This document shows positions 45,703 to 55,638 of a stretch of 64,000 nucleotides of DNA, in pieces. Source of the stretch: Picochlorum sp. SENEW3 (Eukaryota); NCBI GenBank assembly GCA_034226945.1, contig CP120462.1, forward strand, positions 868,001 through 932,000. Direction: 5' to 3'. The notes under the pieces were generated by a model. The model did not search any database. It had not been told where the DNA came from and saw only the letters and a list, made by a program, of their open reading frames with translations. The translations under genes and the position numbers were made by a program. Within the stretch, counting starts at the first letter, position 1. Each line of letters opens with the position of its first letter.

Positions 45703-45995
45703 GTATATGTATACAATATATATTCGGAAAATCAATTTTAGAACACAGTGTTGTTGCGAAGGTGTGTTGTACTGGTGAAAACAAACATAAAAGAGGCATG
45801 ATAATGGAGCACACTTGTGGTTCCGATGCGCCTATTCTGACTCCTCTGGTCATGAGGGATTGTGCGATGTCGGCCAGGTAAAATTTCTGCCTTCAGAGGA
45901 TCCAAAAAAGTATGGTCACAGGGCCGCGGGTGCCCCACACATATTCATATCCATTGAAAAATTGCTGAATGGACGCACATTCTTTCCGTTGTACA

Positions 45996-46091
45996 GTCAT
46001 CGTGGTGAAGTGGTATCACGTCACGTTGTGGGATCAACCCCACGAGAGGTTCAATACCGTGAAGTCTCGAGTTCAATTCTCGGCGATGACA
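45996..46091 (+). tRNA. trnH: tRNA-His(GUG) with 25-nt canonical intron (46032-46056)
   Basis: Acceptor GTCATCG/CGATGAC, anticodon stem TCACG/CGTGA, GTG at 46028-46030, T-loop TTCAATT, oligo-T at about 46106-46111. Confidence 0.92.
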
Positions 46092-46165
46092 CGAAATGAA
46101 AATTCTTTTTTGCCTCCAACAAACAGAACGGAAAGGGGGATTCTTTTCCAATGCAGGGATATGGT

Positions 46166-46181
46166 GGTGTTGAATAACACC
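46166..46181 (-). terminator. Histone mRNA 3' stem-loop (H2B)
   Basis: GGTGTT-ATTC-AACACC followed by ACCA. Confidence 0.9.
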
Positions 46182-46229
46182 AGTTGATTGTTTTTTTTGT
46201 TCAGAGTACTATGCTCATCAGCAATGCGC

Positions 46230-46650
46230 TTAGGCAGAGGTGAACTTGGTCACAGCCTTGGTTCCCTCAGACACGGCATGCTTGGCAAGCTCTCCTGGGA
46301 GGACCAAGCGCACAGCGGTCTGGATTTCGCGGGATGTCAAGGTTGGCTTCTTGTTGACGCGAGACAACTGCATCAGATGTAGATAATACATGTATGTCAG
46401 AGGACTGTTCAGTTGAGAATGTCATTTGTGTGAAACCTTCACCTACCTGAGCAGCCTGGGAGGCAATCTTCTCGAACTGGTCAGCAATGAAAGAGTTCAA
46501 GATGGCCATGGCCTTGGAAGAGATTCCAGTGTCTGGGTGCACCTGCTTGAGCACCTTGAAGATGTAGAGCTTGTAGCTCTCCACTGACTTCTTGGCCTTC
46601 TTTCCGTCCTTCACGGTCTTTCCTGGTTTCTTAGCAGATGTTGGAGCCAT
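46230..46650 (-). CDS. H2B: Histone H2B (2 exons, intron 46368-46446)
   Basis: [20 protein letters not shown]...[48 protein letters not shown]. Confidence 0.97.
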
Positions 46651-46971
46651 TGTAGTTGATATTTGTGATTCACTGAGAGATTACAAAATTATTTGTTATG
46701 CGTAGACGTGGTTGCGAGCTGTCCTCAAGTTTCCTAGAATGCCGAGAGCGGTCATGGAATGGAGGAACGCGTCAGCGCCCGGGATGACCATAGACCCAGA
46801 TATGTCACATATCTGGTTGGACCCCACTCCCGGTCTCCGAGGCCTTGTTCGCATGCGATCGTCTCGAGGTCTGGTTACAAATTCGTTGCAACTCCCGGCC
46901 GTTGGATACTATAAAAATAATCTCAACCACTTGTGTTTGAATCTATCAACTACTCAAAACAACGCAACATC
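46651..46971. promoter_or_regulatory. Divergent H2B/H2A promoter
   Basis: Head-to-head histone genes; TATAAAA at about 46910; ACCCAGAT at 46794. Confidence 0.6.
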
Positions 46972-47346
46972 ATGTCTGGACGTGGAAAAGGAAAGTCTTC
47001 TGGCAAGAAGTCTATGACCAAGTCAGCCAAGGCTGGGCTTCAGTTCCCAGTTGGTCGTGTGGCCAGATACCTCAAGAAGGGACGCTATGCTGAGAGAATT
47101 GGAGCTGGTGCCCCAGTGTACCTTGCTGCCGTCCTCGAGTACTTGGCTGCTGAGGTTCTCGAGCTTGCAGGTAACGCTGCTCGTGACAACAAGAAGACCA
47201 GAATTGTGCCAAGGCACATTCAGCTTGCTGTCAGAAACGATGAGGAGTTGAGCAAGCTCTTGGCTGGTGTCACCATTGCCGAGGGAGGTGTGTTGCCAAA
47301 CATCCACGCTGTTCTTCTCCCAAAGAAGAGTGGAAAGAAGGAGTAA
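46972..47346 (+). CDS. H2A: Histone H2A
   Basis: [47 protein letters not shown]. Confidence 0.98.
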   Translation: MSGRGKGKSSGKKSMTKSAKAGLQFPVGRVARYLKKGRYAERIGAGAPVYLAAVLEYLAAEVLELAGNAARDNKKTRIVPRHIQLAVRNDEELSKLLAGVTIAEGGVLPNIHAVLLPKKSGKKE

Positions 47347-47390
47347 ATCCTGCTGCTGCTTGCATACAACAACAATTCAAACAATCAACT

Positions 47391-47406
47391 GGTGTTATTC
47401 AACACC
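47391..47406 (+). terminator. Histone mRNA 3' stem-loop (H2A)
   Basis: GGTGTT-ATTC-AACACC followed by ACCA. Confidence 0.9.
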
Positions 47407-47626
47407 ACCATACTATGATGGAAATACTGTCATCTCTTAGAGATGATCTCTGCAATACTGTGGATGCTCACTTGGAGCAACACCACAAAAGAAAGGAAAA
47501 CATACCATACATACACTTCATGTACATCTGAATATTTTACAACAAGGTTTCTGCTATCATGACGAGTGAGTCATCCATTCATTCAGGTGTGTCAAAAAGC
47601 ACAAGTTTCCAAAAATAATACATGGT

Positions 47627-47642
47627 GGTGTTGAATAACACC
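47627..47642 (-). terminator. Histone mRNA 3' stem-loop (H3)
   Basis: GGTGTT-ATTC-AACACC followed by ACCA. Confidence 0.9.
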
Positions 47643-47741
47643 AGTATGAATATAATTTGTCAAAGTCAGTAGTCTCTCGCCGGCATAACCAGCAGCAGCA
47701 GACTGTCAATCTCCACCTCCAGAAGAAAAGAAGAGAAAAGC

Positions 47742-48819
<1,078 letters not shown>

Positions 48820-48889
48820 ACGTCTCCGAGGCGTCTGCAGCCTGGTATTGCTCCAGCAGCTGCGCAACAATCATTTTCCAACAATCACT

Positions 48890-48906
48890 GGTGTTTATTC
48901 AACACC
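48890..48906 (+). terminator. Histone mRNA 3' stem-loop (H4), 5-nt loop variant
   Basis: GGTGTT-TATTC-AACACC followed by ACCA. Confidence 0.85.
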
Positions 48907-48979
48907 ACCATTATACACGCATTTGGAAATTGTTGGTTTTCCTTTTTGTATCTATGTATCATTACATTGTTGTGGTTCG

Positions 48980-50735
48980 TCACCTCCGCCTTGGCTGAGA
49001 TGAAAGAGCATTCATCTCGTATTCGTCAATGGAGTACCAAGTGTAGTCCCCTTGATCCAAGAACTTTCTGGAGGCAAATTTTCTTTTCCTGTCCGAGTTC
49101 AGATTGCAGAGCCTGTTGGCCACTGCATTGCCTGCATACGCGTTGCGACGAGCATGGAGCAGAGAAACACATCGATCCAACATGCCTTGCAGTCCCTCGC
49201 CATTTGATCCATTGACCTCTTCTATGTCCTGCTCCTCTGCACTTTGAGGAGCTTGCTCGTGCTCTTTCTCGTCTACGGCACCAGCCGTGTTCCAGTACAC
49301 AACAGGCCGCGTCACTCTCCTGCGGAATGGATCAAGCATGGTGTCTCCTCCAGTTGCATCATCGTTGTTTTGCTGTTCTGCCATCATGGTTGTTTTGAAA
49401 TTGATGCTAGCATTCTTCTTATTCAGTTCGGCAAGAGAATCTTTCTTCCTCCCGGCCTCTATGCTTGCTTGTATTTCTTGTATTTGACTGTCGAGTTGAT
49501 CAACCAGGACAGTATCTCCTCTCTGCTTGGCTGCATCGCGTTCCCTCTCCAATCGAGCTTTTTCCAAGGCTGCATTTCTCCTCGACCCCGCCCCTTTCAG
49601 TCGTTTTTCCTCAATCAATCTAGCGACATCTGTTTCGGTGAACACATAGTTCTCGGCTTCCACCAACCTGGCCCGGGCCCTCTCCACCTGGCTTCTAGTT
49701 ATTTGACCTACGCCATTTTCTTCGCATTGCTGGTGATACCTGTAAAATTCTTGCTCTGTGATTGAAGAATTCGATACCTGGGCCAGAGGCCATATCTTCT
49801 CGGAGTTTCCTCGCACCACTCGTAGCCAAATAGATGTCTTCTCTCCTTTGGGACCAAAAGGATACGGGCTTTTCCAAGGTGGGGCAGATTGATTCAGGTA
49901 CTTGTAGTAACCTGGTTCCTTCTCCACAAGACCGGCGACGCGAGCCGCCATGTACTGAACGACTGGTCGCCCATCGCTCCCGTACATTGTGTGCCCATCT
50001 GGAGCCTTTTTGTTGCCTGCCGCAAGGCGAACAATACAACCTGGCAAGGTTTTCTCAAAGAAAGGCTTGTTGTACCATTCCTCTAATTTATACCGCCGCA
50101 CTTGAATTCCTTTCACCTCCTGGTATGAAGCCTCTTCGTCGTCGTCGTGCTGCTCCACAATATCGTCCTCGGACATGATCTCATCCTCGTCCCCACCCAA
50201 AGACACAGGTTCTGCCTCAACCTCTTCCTCGTCTGGTTCCTCAAAGACAGCCTTCTCGCCCCTCGCCTTCCTCTCTCTCGCCGCTTTCAGTTCTTCAATT
50301 GCAGACTTCTTCTTATTCTCCTCTCGCACCTCCCTCCCCGATCGCCTGCGGCCACCCGCTGCCTTCAAAAGCTCTTCGCGTTGGCGTTTCTGCTGCTGTC
50401 TCTCGGCGCGTTCCGCCAACTCCATCTCTCTTTCCAACTCGGTCATTCTCGCCAGCCTTTCCTCATCCAAAAATTCATCATCGTCGTCAGATATATCCAC
50501 GTCGTCATTGTCCATCATGGTACTCCTACACGACCAGACAAAACACTAAAATCCTTTCCAACTCATCACCGAGGCACGGTGCATATCCAACGAACCTGCC
50601 ATCGTCATTCACGTCTGAGATGTCATCTTCTGAGATATCCGAAAGTCCTCCGGTATTGTTTCCTGCCGCACCGGGACCAGACTGCCCAGCAACCTGCAGG
50701 AGCTCGCTGTCCAGCTGCTCCTGTTTGTTCGCCAT
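48980..50735 (-). CDS. RTF1: PAF1 complex subunit RTF1/VIP5 (Plus-3 domain), 2 exons
   Basis: LARMTELEREMELAERAE, IQVRRYKLEEWYNKPFFEKTLPGCIVR, VSNSSITEQEF, DPFRRRVTRP; intron about 50527-50594. Confidence 0.9.
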
Positions 50736-50775
50736 TGCCAATTAGAATTACAAAATTTACTGTAGATTACATGTA

Positions 50776-52773
50776 CTAGCGCTGAAAGAAGCTGTCGTCA
50801 ACTCTCTCGAACAGCAAGAGGAATTTCTTGGAGGCCTCCACATGAAACACGAATCCAAGCTCGGCCCCCCTCGTGATGGGATTGCTCTTCGTGAGGGTTA
50901 AAAGTTCTCCATCAACCCATTTAGGGGAGCTGTACCCTTCTCTAGCTACTCGTCCCTGTCCTGGATACCTGCTTTGAACCCCATACTCGATTGGGTACAC
51001 CCCAGATGGAGACTGCTTGTTCTCCTTCCCAACGCGTGCTTTGAATGAAATTTCACCGGCTGGAACGTTGACATCCCCTGTGATTTTGACACCTTCAACC
51101 CACTCTTGTCCATCGATCATGGTCCGTCGTACTTGAATCACCTCTGGCCCATGAGGCCCAAATGATCCTAGGTAAATACCTTGGAAAGCATCGGTGAAGA
51201 CAGGCGGCAGTTCCAATCGCTCGTATGATACTGTCCCCTCTAACCCCGCTATGGCTGGAGTCATGAGGTCCTGTTTCACCTGCGCGTCGTCCACCACACT
51301 AATTGTGGCATCGGTTGCTGAGAGAGCATTCTTTACCATGTTTTCAATCTCTTTCAGGCTGTCACTGGATTGACTGCCCAATTCATTCGGCTCGTCCCCT
51401 GTAGGTTGTTGGCTAATGATTTCTTTTTGTTTTCTTTCGTCAATTTTAAGGGCAAATTTGTCTCGTCCTTGCCATAGAAGTTCAGCTGGGACACGCTGCG
51501 ACAGGTTCATCATGCTCATTTCACTCAAAGCAGACGAGAGATCATGAGTGTCATCATGATCAATTTCTCTGATAATATCCTCCTCTGATAAACTCTCACT
51601 CGAAGCAATCATCTCATCTTCCTCTTCATCCCCTTCATCATGACTAAGCGAATTCACCAAGTCGTCAATGGTGTGGATACCATCATCGTCATCGTCATCA
51701 CTTTCCTCCTGCTGTTCATCTTTCTCCGGGTTCGCGAGATTTATCCTCACAAAATCAGTTCCATCTGCATTATTTCCACGCTCTACACTAATGACATTTG
51801 AGGTGTTGTTTACCTGGGCTGAAATCAGAGCTGACAAATCATCCACAGGATTTTGCAACCCTGTGACGCGCAGTGCCGGGGAATTAAACACTGATGCCTG
51901 ATGATCCCAACCTCCATCGTCATTGTCTCTATAGAAAACTTCAAACACTGGAGATCCCTCCTCTTCCTCTTCAATAGGATCGTCTTGCTCAATCAAGTTC
52001 ATGATGTCAGCAACATTTCCCTGAGCCATTACATCCTCCATGGCACCTGCACTCTCACTGGACGACCATCCCACGGCCCTAGCCAAACTATATCCCGTAA
52101 ATGCGTGGGCAACATATCTACTGAAATCCCGAGTCACCACAACGAGGTGTCCTTGGGCATCGTCATCTCCCTCTTTGCCCACCCACCAGCCCAACAATCC
52201 AATGCCACCTTCATCTCTCAAAGCTGCGGCTTCGCCGTATTCCTCTTGTTGGATTGCATGTTGGAATTTCTTCGCTATTTTCAAGACGACGTCTTTCGCT
52301 TCGATAGCAGCCTGTTCCTTCTTCAGCTCAGAAGCTTTCCTGTAGTCCTCCACATCCACTGCCTCATCAATCTCCTCATCTATGGCATTCAGATCGCGCA
52401 CCATCTGATCCATGGAAGAGAAATAGTCATTCCAGCTTGTCCAAGGGTCCCTTGAATCGTACAATGCATTCGATTTACCCTTGATATTGCACTGTGATGA
52501 GGAAGACGAAGGGACACCTTCCACCATGTTGATCTCTAAATCCCTCTTCGAGTCCACGACTCGCCTCTTTGTGACCCATGTCTTCCCTTCTTCTCCGTCC
52601 GGAGATGATGATCTAGCAGCACAGGACACCATCAGATGAGAGGTACACGCCCGGGAAAGTGCAGACCAAGGTCTACAGCCTATCCTGCCCTGGACTGGTT
52701 GCTGGTCCCCGGTCGCCCGGGAGGTCGAAGCAGCAGCCCCACCTCTCGCGCTGGACCAATGCAGGGAAGCCAT
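50776..52773 (-). CDS. EX1: EXECUTER 1/2-like plastid protein (UVR + DUF3506)
   Basis: AVDVEDYRKASELK, EEYGEAAALRDEGGIGLLGWWVG, DAFQGIYLGSFGPHGPEV, KITGDVNVPAGEISF; transit peptide. Confidence 0.9.
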   Translation of the reverse strand: MASLHWSSARGGAAASTSRATGDQQPVQGRIGCRPWSALSRACTSHLMVSCAARSSSPDGEEGKTWVTKRRVVDSKRDLEINMVEGVPSSSSSQCNIKGKSNALYDSRDPWTSWNDYFSSMDQMVRDLNAIDEEIDEAVDVEDYRKASELKKEQAAIEAKDVVLKIAKKFQHAIQQEEYGEAAALRDEGGIGLLGWWVGKEGDDDAQGHLVVVTRDFSRYVAHAFTGYSLARAVGWSSSESAGAMEDVMAQGNVADIMNLIEQDDPIEEEEEGSPVFEVFYRDNDDGGWDHQASVFNSPALRVTGLQNPVDDLSALISAQVNNTSNVISVERGNNADGTDFVRINLANPEKDEQQEESDDDDDDGIHTIDDLVNSLSHDEGDEEEDEMIASSESLSEEDIIREIDHDDTHDLSSALSEMSMMNLSQRVPAELLWQGRDKFALKIDERKQKEIISQQPTGDEPNELGSQSSDSLKEIENMVKNALSATDATISVVDDAQVKQDLMTPAIAGLEGTVSYERLELPPVFTDAFQGIYLGSFGPHGPEVIQVRRTMIDGQEWVEGVKITGDVNVPAGEISFKARVGKENKQSPSGVYPIEYGVQSRYPGQGRVAREGYSSPKWVDGELLTLTKSNPITRGAELGFVFHVEASKKFLLLFERVDDSFFQR

Positions 52774-53191
52774 ATACTGTGTAATTTCTAGGCTAGTATA
52801 TTCCTAGCTGACGCCACGCGATCAAATCGAGTGACACAATGCAAACGAACCTCCTGCACCAAGGTCGGAAACATACCATCAGGCTTTTGTTACGTTCATG
52901 AGGACGGCAAACAAGTCTTTGTTTTTCAATATCATTGAATCTGCCACTCCGATGGATAAAGCCCGGGCGAGTTGCGTCAGAAACACGTTCACATGCCACA
53001 ACCACTGGCGTACCTGTGCGAATGACGAGCTTCAAAATTGGATTAAATGCTTACGAGTAAAAGAAAACACGAGTTAGCGACTGCCCTAGGACGTTCGATT
53101 GGAATACATCATAGGCATCTTGGAATATTCTCCCGAATCCGTGTCCAAAGAACAAGGCATATGTACGCTCGGCGGTGGCGGCTCTCCCCTC

Positions 53192-53370
53192 AGATCCTTC
53201 CACTTCTTTCTAGTGATTGGTTGTCAAAATCATGATCTAGAAGGAGGTTCTGACGGGGATTGATGAGTGGTTTGTACAGGCGTGCGTTGATTCGTGGCTG
53301 CCTGAAGGGAGAGCTCGCCCCACCTACCTTGTTACGAAAGAGCTTCCTTGTGAATACCGATCTGACCCCT
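53192..53370 (+). ncRNA. SNORD13: U13/snR45-type box C/D snoRNA (guide for 18S rRNA helix-45 ac4C)
   Basis: 5' GATCCTTCC (53193-53201) is complementary to 18S GGAAGGAUC. Box C TGATGA at 53261-53266. ACCTTGTTACGA (53326-53337) is complementary to 18S UCGUAACAAGGU. Box D CTGA at 53362-53365; GGGG/CCCC closing stem. Confidence 0.85.
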
Positions 53371-53402
53371 ACTTTTTGTTCATTTATTTTCTTGTTGTTC
53401 AT

Positions 53403-53490
53403 GTCAGAATGACCCCAGGCGGTCCTGGGTGCGGACTTCAAATCCGTAGGCAATGTGATGTTGCAGAGGCTCAACTCCTCCTTTCTGACG
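53403..53490 (+). tRNA. trnU: tRNA-Sec (UCA)
   Basis: Acceptor GTCAGAATG/CTTTCTGAC, long D-stem CCCAGG/CCTGGG, TGCGGA-CTTCAAA-TCCGTA (UCA at 53438-53440), long variable arm, 4-bp T-stem GAGG/CCTC, G discriminator; eukaryotic 9/4 fold. Confidence 0.92.
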
Positions 53491-54414
53491 TTAAGAAGCA
53501 GGCAAAGAATTCACCATGAGTTCCAGAGGCTGCTTACGTCCTTCTAAGAACGCCTGCAATGGCGTTTGTCTCGAGACGGACCTGTATCCAAGTCTCTTGT
53601 ACAACGCATATGCCGCAGTATTGGCTGGGTCCACGTGGAGCGCAATCCAGCTGCAACCCCACTCTAACGCACGTGCTTCCGCTGCTTTAATCAGTTTTGA
53701 ACCGATTCCGCTGCGTCGGAGACTCGAGCAGACCGCCAGATTGCTGATGTATGCTGTCTTTGGCCTGGGGCTTATGTTGAACAATTGAGAGTTGAAGAAG
53801 GCAGGCCATGTGAACCTTGGGGGGATGAATGCCATATGGGTATCCACCACCACTGCACCGACAATGTTTTTATCACTGGCCAATCTCGTGCTATACTTCC
53901 GATTGCCCTTCATGTTGGGAGCCCCCATCATCCACGTGAGCACCTTCTCCACCACAGCACTCGAATCAACCGACGGCATCTCCGACGGGGCATTCAGCAT
54001 GTCCACAGCCGTCATACAAGAGAACGACGGAGGGGAAGCAGTCTCTCCCTGATGGAGAGCCAGAACTCTATCCATACGAAGCACTGTATCCCAGAACCGA
54101 CCTTGGTCTCCGTAAAAAGATTTGCAGTGCACTTCGGCTATCTTTTCGTAATCGGACGCAGTCGCGTCGTGAATTACGTATCTCTCGACCTCGATCCGAT
54201 CCTGTATGCGCGTAGAAGCCTTTGTCACCCTGTTGGTCGCACGACAACCTACACTCCAAGGTGCGAGAGCACTTCGACATCGCCTGTGGCCACGACATCC
54301 GGGTGGCGTGTGTGAGCCAACGAGCAAACTATTATGTGGATGGAAGAATATCGGATGATATTGATGCGCACGTGAGGGCTGCAGAGAGTACCCATCGCCT
54401 ATGTGTACCCACAT
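53491..54414 (-). CDS. GNAT acetyltransferase, probably plastid-targeted
   Basis: AYISNLAVCSSLRRSGIGSKLIKAAE, LHVDPANTAAYALYKRLGY. Confidence 0.9.
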   Translation of the reverse strand: MWVHIGDGYSLQPSRAHQYHPIFFHPHNSLLVGSHTPPGCRGHRRCRSALAPWSVGCRATNRVTKASTRIQDRIEVERYVIHDATASDYEKIAEVHCKSFYGDQGRFWDTVLRMDRVLALHQGETASPPSFSCMTAVDMLNAPSEMPSVDSSAVVEKVLTWMMGAPNMKGNRKYSTRLASDKNIVGAVVVDTHMAFIPPRFTWPAFFNSQLFNISPRPKTAYISNLAVCSSLRRSGIGSKLIKAAEARALEWGCSWIALHVDPANTAAYALYKRLGYRSVSRQTPLQAFLEGRKQPLELMVNSLPAS

Positions 54415-54457
54415 TTTTTTTTCCTACACTCGTAATTCAATTCAATTCAATCATACT

Positions 54458-55570
54458 TTATACATTAACATTTTGTATAAGTTTAAGTTTAGCCAGATGC
54501 CTTCTGCGAACATAAACTGATGCTGCCAATCCGAGAATCCCAACGACTGAGAAGAAGATCAAGGTTTTGGGCTCTTCCCCATCGGTCTCGTCTTTGTTCT
54601 CGCCTTCTCCTTCAGCAAGGTTGGTGTGTGTCATTCCCAGTAATCTGAAAATGAATTTCTGGACGGTCCCCAAGGAATCAAGGCCTGTTGGCACGGAGGG
54701 GTCATCTGAATGCTTTTTATTCCACTCCTGATCTCGTGTGCCAAAGAACTCCAACTGCACAGGCGATATTGCCAGATCAAACTCTTCTTTGGGGGCACGA
54801 TCCCCGCCCTCAAAACTGTTGGATGCTCGCAACGACTTGTCTGGGCTCACACCATAGCCAGAAAGAGTGGGTCTGCTGCCATGGCTTGTTCTCCTAGACA
54901 TGCTCTGCATCGGTGACAACACAGGGCCTTGCGTCGGAACCCTATGTGGTAACTGCTGTTGAAAGTCCCTGGATAGGTTGTCGGCTCGTTCATCCTTATT
55001 TCCTACCCTCTCCTGCTCGTGGCTCTTTGCTGCAATCTCTTTCTCCAAGAAGAGGCGCTCTCTGGGATCCAATGGCAGGAACGTCTGCCTCCGGAGCCAA
55101 AGCTGTACTTCTGAGGGATCTTTCAGGGTATCTAGAAGTATTTCAGTAGTGTACATGTGCACCAGTGTCAGATACTGCTCTCGAGTCCATCCGCTCTGTC
55201 GCGAAGCTTTCGACTTGAGCAGCAGGAGGACAAGAGAGTCAGCATGTCGTCGCTCTTCCGTTTCCAATGCAAGTGATATCCAAAGCAGGACCGCATTGGG
55301 CGGGGCTAAATCTAAAGATACAAACAAGGAGCAGAGGCGAGACCTTGCTGAGGCAAAGTTCGAGGTTTCGTAGCACGACTGCAGAAACACAACTGCTGCT
55401 CTCTCCACGAGTTCATCTCTGATTTCCAATGTCTCCTCCGATACTTCCAATTTTCTCAAAGAAGAGAGAATATTTGACGAAATAGATTCGGATTCTGCGT
55501 ACTTTCCAAGGATCAAACACCTCTCCGACTCTTCGACGAGGCCGCTCAGCTGAGAACTGAGGTCGTGCAT
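54458..55570 (-). CDS. APEM9/PEX26-like tail-anchored peroxin (tentative)
   Basis: EESERCLILGKYAESESISSNIL...ERAAVVFLQS...LFVSLDLAPPNAVLL resembles the plant APEM9 N-terminus; C-terminal TM segment followed by RRR. Confidence 0.6.
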   Translation of the reverse strand: MHDLSSQLSGLVEESERCLILGKYAESESISSNILSSLRKLEVSEETLEIRDELVERAAVVFLQSCYETSNFASARSRLCSLFVSLDLAPPNAVLLWISLALETEERRHADSLVLLLLKSKASRQSGWTREQYLTLVHMYTTEILLDTLKDPSEVQLWLRRQTFLPLDPRERLFLEKEIAAKSHEQERVGNKDERADNLSRDFQQQLPHRVPTQGPVLSPMQSMSRRTSHGSRPTLSGYGVSPDKSLRASNSFEGGDRAPKEEFDLAISPVQLEFFGTRDQEWNKKHSDDPSVPTGLDSLGTVQKFIFRLLGMTHTNLAEGEGENKDETDGEEPKTLIFFSVVGILGLAASVYVRRRHLAKLKLIQNVNV

Positions 55571-55638
55571 TCCTTCCTTTAGGCTTAGAGAAGCCACATT
55601 GTGTTCTAGATTTTTACAGCAGATTATTCATTTTGATG

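Noticed and set aside
45800..45915. U1 snRNA (TTACCTGG on minus strand) or a scaRNA guiding U1 pseudouridylation
   Set aside because: No intact U1 loops or Sm site, and the pocket geometry and ACA distance do not fit.
53326..53337. SSU rRNA fragment or organellar insertion (match to the 1492R region)
   Set aside because: Only 12-14 nt, and it is better explained as the U13 guide given the boxes and the second guide.
53085..53377. SRP RNA, U3, RNase P/MRP or telomerase RNA
   Set aside because: No SRP helix-8 motif, U3 box A/B, P4 motifs or telomeric template; U13 features fit better.
53491..54414. Functional link between the GNAT and U13-guided rRNA acetylation
   Set aside because: ac4C is made by the large NAT10/Kre33 enzyme; this is a small, probably plastid-targeted GNAT, so adjacency is likely coincidental.
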